The position numbers and the translations under genes are program-made. 32,659 bases of DNA from a virus (taxonomy: Duplodnaviria; Caudoviricetes): positions 1-32,659 of IMG/VR virus record IMGVR_UViG_3300007229_000039, one strand, 5' to 3'. The notes below the pieces were generated by a model, which was not told where the DNA came from, did not search any database, and saw only the letters and a list, made by a program, of their open reading frames with translations. This document shows, in pieces, positions 27,514-32,659 of the stretch. Position 1 is the first letter of the stretch; each line of letters begins with the position of its first letter.

Positions 27514-29424
27514 CTAAATTTCACACTGTCCGGCGACACAAGCGAGTTCTTGCGTACCAGTTGTAGTGTCTTCTGTTTCAAACTTACCCAAGTCATCCCA
27601 GTTAATAGTCTCTGGCATTTTAGCTAAGGCTTCGTCATATGCTTGTTCCGTGATAGCTGTGTAAGGTGCTTGCTTGTACACATGATCTGTGCGAGGCAAG
27701 AAGCTAATACCTGAACAACTATCTAGTCGATCCCACAGCCACTGACCTGCTGCAAGGAACTCCTCATCTGAGTAATAAATAGTCACACTAGGCTTATGCT
27801 CACACCAATGGTTCTGATAAACTTCCCACAAATCTAACTGAGTCTGTACGTTAAGGTCATCAACGCTCGTAGAGCCAGCAGGAGCCTTTATGGGGAACGA
27901 GAACACATAGTTATCATCATTCATTACATCCTTTTCCCAAGGCACTCCAGCGTCCTTGAGGAACTCTGAGATAGGGTCTTTGCCATCACTACGTACTGTT
28001 CGTATGTACTGGGCTGAGAACCTAGCGTGTATACCTGAGGCGCTGTCTACTAACTGTGATACAGTACCTGAGGGTTTCACGGCGGTAATAGCCGTAGACT
28101 GATTAATACCTAAACGGTCTGCCCAATCCTTGTTAGTTGATACTGCTACAGCTTTAAGGCGCTCTAGTATCTCAGGTAAGATAGGCAGGTTAGGGTGATC
28201 AAACCACGTACCTGAATCTTGTTGTCCTGACATTACTGGATGATCCATGATGCCCGTCATACTTACACCGAGTAAGCACTCTTCCTGTGTGTTCTTCTTC
28301 CAGATGTTACGCACGTAGCGGAAGTCTGTTAAAGAGGACTGTAGGGTGCCAAGGATTGTAGCAAGCTCAACCTTACGTTTTAAATCTTCGTATGTATCGG
28401 TACTACGAACCACTATTTCTGACAAATTACAAACCTGTGCAGAGCGTAGGATGATCTCACTACATGGGTTGGTCCCAAAGTCGTGCTCAATATCTCTACG
28501 TCCGTGACGGGCTGATTGTTTCTTAGCTGCCTTGCGGGAGAATATACCACGCTCACCTGCCTTAGATTTATAGAGAGCTGTCCACTCTTCTAGGAATGTC
28601 TCGAAGTCAGGGCGTTCATCATACACTGCACTATTGTTAGCGAGCGCACGTTGCGTATCAGTTTCCCACCAATTGCCCGACTTAGCATGACGCATCCGAT
28701 CATCAGAAAGATTAGACAGACTAATAAGCGCAGAGCGACGAACGCCACCCACGACAACAATCTCTGCAATTTTACATACAATATCATGGCACTCAATACT
28801 CGTTAGCTTTCGACCAGCAGCACCTTTGAAAGTGCATATTGTAAAATCAAAAAGAGCAACAAGAGGATCAGGGCCACTACTACGCCCCCCGAAGGTCTTG
28901 AGTCTTTCGCCTTTGCCACGTAGTTTAGACACATCCCAACTAGGAACTTGGCCCGAATACAAAAGACTAACCAGCTCACGGAAAGCTTTAGCCCAGCCAA
29001 TTTTACTGTCGCTAACATGGATCGTAGTATCTGTTTCATTAAATTCCTCTGCTACTTCTGGTAGTTTATTTACGGACTGACGTTCGACTGAAAAGCCTAC
29101 ACCAGTTCCACACATTAATACGTATAAGATTTCATCGAACACTCTGATATGATCTACTGCTATATATGAGCAGTTAAAGCCAGCCATGTTGTCACGATCA
29201 AGTGCAATACCTGCTGTCATTAAGCAACGCATTGATGGCATTACTTCTAGGTTGTAGATAGCATCATAAAGTTTCTTACCTGTTGCTTCATCTATCTGTT
29301 TGCGTCCCTTCCAGAAATCAATATATCTCTGAACTGTTTCGTCCCACGTCTCTCGTCTGTTGTCATCTTCTCTCCAACGTGCGTAACGTGACTTGTGAAT
29401 GTACTGCTGATATGAATCCATCAT
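27514..29424 (-). CDS. nrdJ: Class II (adenosylcobalamin-dependent) ribonucleotide reductase
   Basis: FNCSY, VVVGGVRRSALI, GTNPCSEI, VKPSGT, C-terminal CVAGQC; no beta-subunit gene adjacent; ATG at 29424 overlaps the upstream stop. Confidence 0.93.
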   Translation of the reverse strand: MMDSYQQYIHKSRYARWREDDNRRETWDETVQRYIDFWKGRKQIDEATGKKLYDAIYNLEVMPSMRCLMTAGIALDRDNMAGFNCSYIAVDHIRVFDEILYVLMCGTGVGFSVERQSVNKLPEVAEEFNETDTTIHVSDSKIGWAKAFRELVSLLYSGQVPSWDVSKLRGKGERLKTFGGRSSGPDPLVALFDFTICTFKGAAGRKLTSIECHDIVCKIAEIVVVGGVRRSALISLSNLSDDRMRHAKSGNWWETDTQRALANNSAVYDERPDFETFLEEWTALYKSKAGERGIFSRKAAKKQSARHGRRDIEHDFGTNPCSEIILRSAQVCNLSEIVVRSTDTYEDLKRKVELATILGTLQSSLTDFRYVRNIWKKNTQEECLLGVSMTGIMDHPVMSGQQDSGTWFDHPNLPILPEILERLKAVAVSTNKDWADRLGINQSTAITAVKPSGTVSQLVDSASGIHARFSAQYIRTVRSDGKDPISEFLKDAGVPWEKDVMNDDNYVFSFPIKAPAGSTSVDDLNVQTQLDLWEVYQNHWCEHKPSVTIYYSDEEFLAAGQWLWDRLDSCSGISFLPRTDHVYKQAPYTAITEQAYDEALAKMPETINWDDLGKFETEDTTTGTQELACVAGQCEI

Positions 29425-29558
29425 TCTCCCCACTTTCCTCTAAATTTTTCGCATAGGCTTTTAAAACAACTCCAACATACATGTATGTCTTCAATTTTAT
29501 GCGTCTCTTTTACTTTTTTCTCACAGTGCTGACACCTGTGTTTATTAGAGCTTGCCAT
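29421..29558 (-). CDS. Tiny CxxC...CxxC metal-binding protein (45 aa)
   Basis: Not in ORF track: MASSNKHRCQHCEKKVKETHKIEDIHVCWSCFKSLCEKFRGKWGE; its stop overlaps the nrdJ ATG. Confidence 0.7.
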   Translation of the reverse strand: MASSNKHRCQHCEKKVKETHKIEDIHVCWSCFKSLCEKFRGKWGE

Positions 29559-29688
29559 TCGTGCCTACTCCCATGCAAACTGGACATGGCTTTGCAGCCT
29601 TATACAAACCATCACCTTGAGGTTCATAACCATATAATCCTGTGCCGTAACAAGCTCTGCACTTGTCTTCTTTTACTTCGTTGGTCAT
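29545..29688 (-). CDS. Tiny DnaJ-type zinc-finger protein (47 aa)
   Basis: Not in ORF track: MTNEVKEDKCRACYGTGLYGYEPQGDGLYKAAKPCPVCMGVGTNGKL, two CxxCxGxG; ATGA-coupled to the MazG stop. Confidence 0.78.
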   Translation of the reverse strand: MTNEVKEDKCRACYGTGLYGYEPQGDGLYKAAKPCPVCMGVGTNGKL

Positions 29689-30041
29689 CGGTTATCACCT
29701 GAGCCTTTAAGTTTATTCTCAATCTTACGCTTCATTGTTTTGTTCATGTTCTCGAATGCTACGTCACTTAGATTTAAACCCATGCGATCAACAAGCATTG
29801 CTAAGTACCAGAAGACATCACCTAGCTCATCACTAACTTCTTGCTTATGGTTTGGACGCTCACCGTCCCTAATTTTTTTCTTTATTTTATCAGCTACTTC
29901 ACCAGCTTCAGATACTAGACCAAGAGTAAGATACTCAATGGCTAAGTCTTCAGGAAAGATTGCTGTGTCATTACATTTTGCTTGAAAGTAATCAAAGCCT
30001 TCAAACATGCCTTGTAGATATTCGTAAGATACTTGGTTCAC
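29685..30041 (-). CDS. MazG-like nucleotide pyrophosphohydrolase
   Basis: LGLVSEAGEVADKIKKKIRD...DELGDVFWY...GSGDNR signature. Confidence 0.9.
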   Translation of the reverse strand: MNQVSYEYLQGMFEGFDYFQAKCNDTAIFPEDLAIEYLTLGLVSEAGEVADKIKKKIRDGERPNHKQEVSDELGDVFWYLAMLVDRMGLNLSDVAFENMNKTMKRKIENKLKGSGDNR

Positions 30042-30430
30042 CAGTTAACTCCTTTAGTTTGTTTCATTAGTTCAATCATTTTCTTTAAGTACCACTGTGC
30101 TTTCTCTGCATCTTGGATAGGGTAGTTCTTTGCCCAAAGGCGAGAGCCAGTATATTTAATTACATTGCCGTGGCAGTATGAGATAGCTTCGTACTTACCT
30201 AACACATCGACAATGTAGTCAATGGTTTCAATCTCACCTACGTTATAATGGTCGGGTTTGTTTACTGGGTCAGCGTGTACACTTTTATATGCTTGCGTTT
30301 CTTTTGCTGCTTCTGCCTTCATACGCACACGAATGTCTTCAACTTTTTCTTGCGCTGCTTCTAAGTTTTTTACACGCCAATCGTAACATGCGTCCCATGC
30401 TGCTGGTGTTTCATCATTTATGCCGCCCAT
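30038..30430 (-). CDS. DUF3310 protein (T7 gp1.7-like nucleotide kinase family)
   Basis: DPVNKPDHY...IETID...GNVIKY...KAQWYL signature. Confidence 0.85.
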   Translation of the reverse strand: MGGINDETPAAWDACYDWRVKNLEAAQEKVEDIRVRMKAEAAKETQAYKSVHADPVNKPDHYNVGEIETIDYIVDVLGKYEAISYCHGNVIKYTGSRLWAKNYPIQDAEKAQWYLKKMIELMKQTKGVNW

Positions 30431-31146
30431 AACTTTACCTCTTTTGTTTCAAAATTATATTCACCATCACGTAGTATACGTGCTAGTCTTGCATTCTCTA
30501 TAGCTACCTCTTCACCTAAACCTTTAGATGCAAAAGCATCGACAACGGTTTTCCATGTTGCCCCTTTATCACTGAGCAGTTGCTCTGCTTTCTTAGCGCC
30601 CACTGTTGGACAACCTTTGTAGTTATCCGTAGAGTCACCTACTAATGTTTGGTAAAGAAAATTATAATCAGCTTCTTCTAAATCTACGTCCTGTACCTTA
30701 CCATCAATCAAGTGGTATGCAGGAATAGTAAGTAAGTCTTTATCAAGTGACCAGATAACAGTATCAAAACTTCTACTACCGAGGATTCCTAGTAAGTCAT
30801 CGGCCTCTAACTTGTCCTCAACCATGCCGTTATAATTTATTGCTAAATAATCTTTAGCGTACTTGAGCAGCATCGGCTTACGAGTAAGCTTACGGTTAGC
30901 TTTGTAATACGGAGCTACATCTTTGCGGTACAGGTTGTCTCCTGAAAGACAGGTGATAACTTTATCACACCCTGACTCTGCTATGATCTTACTCATGAAC
31001 TCTTCCATCGACCCTACGACATCTTTCTCATGGGCGTGTAGTGTCCATATACCGTTACCCCAATTGATTGGAGTCTCAGCAATGGTTGCAGCTTTGTAGG
31101 CTACAATGTCACCGTCAACTAATAGTGTTCTAGACTTCTTCATCAT
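30418..31146 (-). CDS. 5'-3' exonuclease (T7 gp6-like)
   Basis: LLVDGDIVAY, YKANR, LEADD, DKD, GDSTDNYKGCP, ARLARIL motifs; start likely 31146 or 31143. Confidence 0.95.
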   Translation of the reverse strand: MMKKSRTLLVDGDIVAYKAATIAETPINWGNGIWTLHAHEKDVVGSMEEFMSKIIAESGCDKVITCLSGDNLYRKDVAPYYKANRKLTRKPMLLKYAKDYLAINYNGMVEDKLEADDLLGILGSRSFDTVIWSLDKDLLTIPAYHLIDGKVQDVDLEEADYNFLYQTLVGDSTDNYKGCPTVGAKKAEQLLSDKGATWKTVVDAFASKGLGEEVAIENARLARILRDGEYNFETKEVKLWAA

Positions 31147-31318
31147 CTTGTCCTTCCATAAATTTATCAAATTCTTCTGCGCTCATAGTAACCATCGTGC
31201 TTACTTGGTTGGACATCTTCCAGTGGATGATAGATTCAACAATCCATTTGAAAGCAAAACCAAAAGAGACGGCACCAAAACCAAAACCTAAGATTAAATT
31301 GAGTGTACTTGTTTCCAT
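31130..31318 (-). CDS. Small hypothetical membrane protein
   Basis: AAGGA SD; one hydrophobic helix and an acidic tail. Confidence 0.65.
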   Translation of the reverse strand: METSTLNLILGFGFGAVSFGFAFKWIVESIIHWKMSNQVSTMVTMSAEEFDKFMEGQDDEEV

Positions 31319-31320
31319 AA

Positions 31321-31713
31321 TTATTCCTTGTGTTTTACTAAGCGTAGTTTTCGAGTTCTAGAATCAAACAGTATGTACTGCACACCTAACTCTTTCTGTA
31401 GTTTTGTGCGGGCTTTAGAATTGTTAGCCCTATTTGGATTACTATTCATCTTGACATCAAACAAGTAAACCTCACCATCTTTAATACCGACAATATCAAC
31501 AGCACCTGTACAACCTGAGTTATGGAAGACTTCAAACCCTTCATCCCACAACCACGTAATTGCGTAGTGTTCTGCCATATCTCCCAAGCGGTTAGCATCA
31601 GTGAGTTTCCGCCCAGCTTGTCCCGACTTGGAACTCCGAGTCGAGAGGGCATTTGAAGTTGTAAGCTCGTTCTGTTTCTTTAATGGCTGCTTTAGTGATT
31701 TCACCAATTTCAT
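31321..31713 (-). CDS. PD-(D/E)XK endonuclease (Holliday-junction-resolvase-like); start uncertain
   Basis: GDMAE...GFEVF...VDIV...FDVK catalytic pattern; 5' end overlaps the polymerase gene. Confidence 0.75.
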   Translation of the reverse strand: MKLVKSLKQPLKKQNELTTSNALSTRSSKSGQAGRKLTDANRLGDMAEHYAITWLWDEGFEVFHNSGCTGAVDIVGIKDGEVYLFDVKMNSNPNRANNSKARTKLQKELGVQYILFDSRTRKLRLVKHKE

Positions 31714-32659
31714 CCTCTAGCCCCTTCTTAACAAGTATCTGAACTTCATCATGAACAAACGCCACTATCGTAACTTCTTCGTTAGTGTAGCCTTTAGCTC
31801 TTATCATATTTTCTACAGTTGCGTACCACTTCTTACAGATGATCGCTCCTGCTGATTGGAGAAGAGTGTTCAATGCTGCGTGTGGGTGACGGATAGGAAT
31901 CAACCTACCATCTAAACCGTTAATAAATTTCTCACCACGCTGGTTGTCTAGTTTATTGTTAAGAGCTTCTGTTAGTTTCTTTAACGCTGGAGTCTTAGCC
32001 AGAAAGCGTTTCTTAATCTGACCTCCTTCCTTCGCACCTTTACCAATGATCTGACCTATCTTCTCGTTCCCTGCTCCGTATAGAAAGCCATAGATAAATG
32101 TCTTGGCTTGGGGGCGAGTAGCAAGTCCTGCTGCTTCTTGATTAGCTGTATGTATATCACCTTCTAAGATTTCTTTACCATACCTACCACCGTCAAAGCG
32201 ATTCATGTAGTGAGCTAGGCAGCGTAGTTCTAAGCCGCTTGCATCTGCTCCGAGTAATGAGTAACCGCTTGGTGCATGGAATAACTCTCTGCATTCCTTA
32301 CCAAAGGCTGCTCCTGCGGAAGGTACTTGAGCAACATTAGGATCACTATGAGTACAGCGGGAAGTAACAGCGCCCATGTGATTAACCCGCCCGTGGATGC
32401 GTCCAGCTTTTTCCAGTTTAAGCCATGCTTGTTTGCCATTTCCTAATTGCCCCAGTCGTTTGTTTAGCATTAAGAACTCAGTCAATAATGCAGCTTCAGG
32501 CAAGTCAATTCCTGCCAAGATTTTTTCGTCAACTTTCGGTTCTCCAGATGGAGTGAACTCTTTAGGAGTCCAGCCTAACTTCTGTAACCTGTCTGCAATC
32601 TGTTGTCGGGATGCAGGGTTAAAAGGTATAGTCTTTGTTTTGGTCTTGAGCACAATGAT
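31598..32659 (-). CDS. DNA polymerase family A (T7 gp5-like), C-terminal part, 5' truncated by window
   Basis: DASGLELR (motif A), AKTFIYGFLYG (motif B), VHDE (motif C), ends WAETH; frame open to the window edge. Confidence 0.97.
   Translation of the reverse strand: MIVLKTKTKTIPFNPASRQQIADRLQKLGWTPKEFTPSGEPKVDEKILAGIDLPEAALLTEFLMLNKRLGQLGNGKQAWLKLEKAGRIHGRVNHMGAVTSRCTHSDPNVAQVPSAGAAFGKECRELFHAPSGYSLLGADASGLELRCLAHYMNRFDGGRYGKEILEGDIHTANQEAAGLATRPQAKTFIYGFLYGAGNEKIGQIIGKGAKEGGQIKKRFLAKTPALKKLTEALNNKLDNQRGEKFINGLDGRLIPIRHPHAALNTLLQSAGAIICKKWYATVENMIRAKGYTNEEVTIVAFVHDEVQILVKKGLEDEIGEITKAAIKETERAYNFKCPLDSEFQVGTSWAETH

Noticed and set aside
358-31291. Numerous plus-strand ORFs in the track
   Set aside because: All are antisense shadows of well-supported minus-strand genes; the genome is unidirectional.
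8354-32439. Short alternative-frame minus-strand ORFs nested in large genes (8354, 12104, 14879, 28590, 28803, 31446, 32230)
   Set aside because: No motifs or convincing start signals; expected by chance.
2508-32659. Introns or inteins in terminase, nrdJ or polymerase; tRNA genes
   Set aside because: ORFs are continuous and of normal length; no intergenic gap shows a cloverleaf.

Overview
About 32.7 kb of a T7-like podovirus (Autographiviridae type, probably marine and infecting a proteobacterium). All credible genes are on the minus strand. In transcription order (high to low coordinates): 3' part of a family A DNA polymerase, PD-(D/E)XK nuclease, gp6-like exonuclease, DUF3310, MazG-like pyrophosphatase, two tiny Cys-rich ORFs missed by the ORF track, class II ribonucleotide reductase; then portal, a pesticin-like muramidase, scaffold, major capsid, tail tubular A/B, internal virion proteins, collagen-like tail fibre with accessory genes, holin, small terminase, HNH and large terminase. 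The window then crosses the right-end/left-end junction of the genome (predicted end near 1756) into the first early genes. Most striking: five near-identical Fur-box-like 19-bp palindromes within about 240 bp of the predicted left end, and two identical phage-RNAP-type promoters each with a perfect IHF consensus at the same offset. Together these suggest a lytic-type phage that recruits host Fur and IHF. Also notable: an ADP-ribosyltransferase-like insertion in the gp16-like ejection protein and a terminator plus structured leader before the capsid gene. All family calls come from motif recognition by eye; no searches were run.
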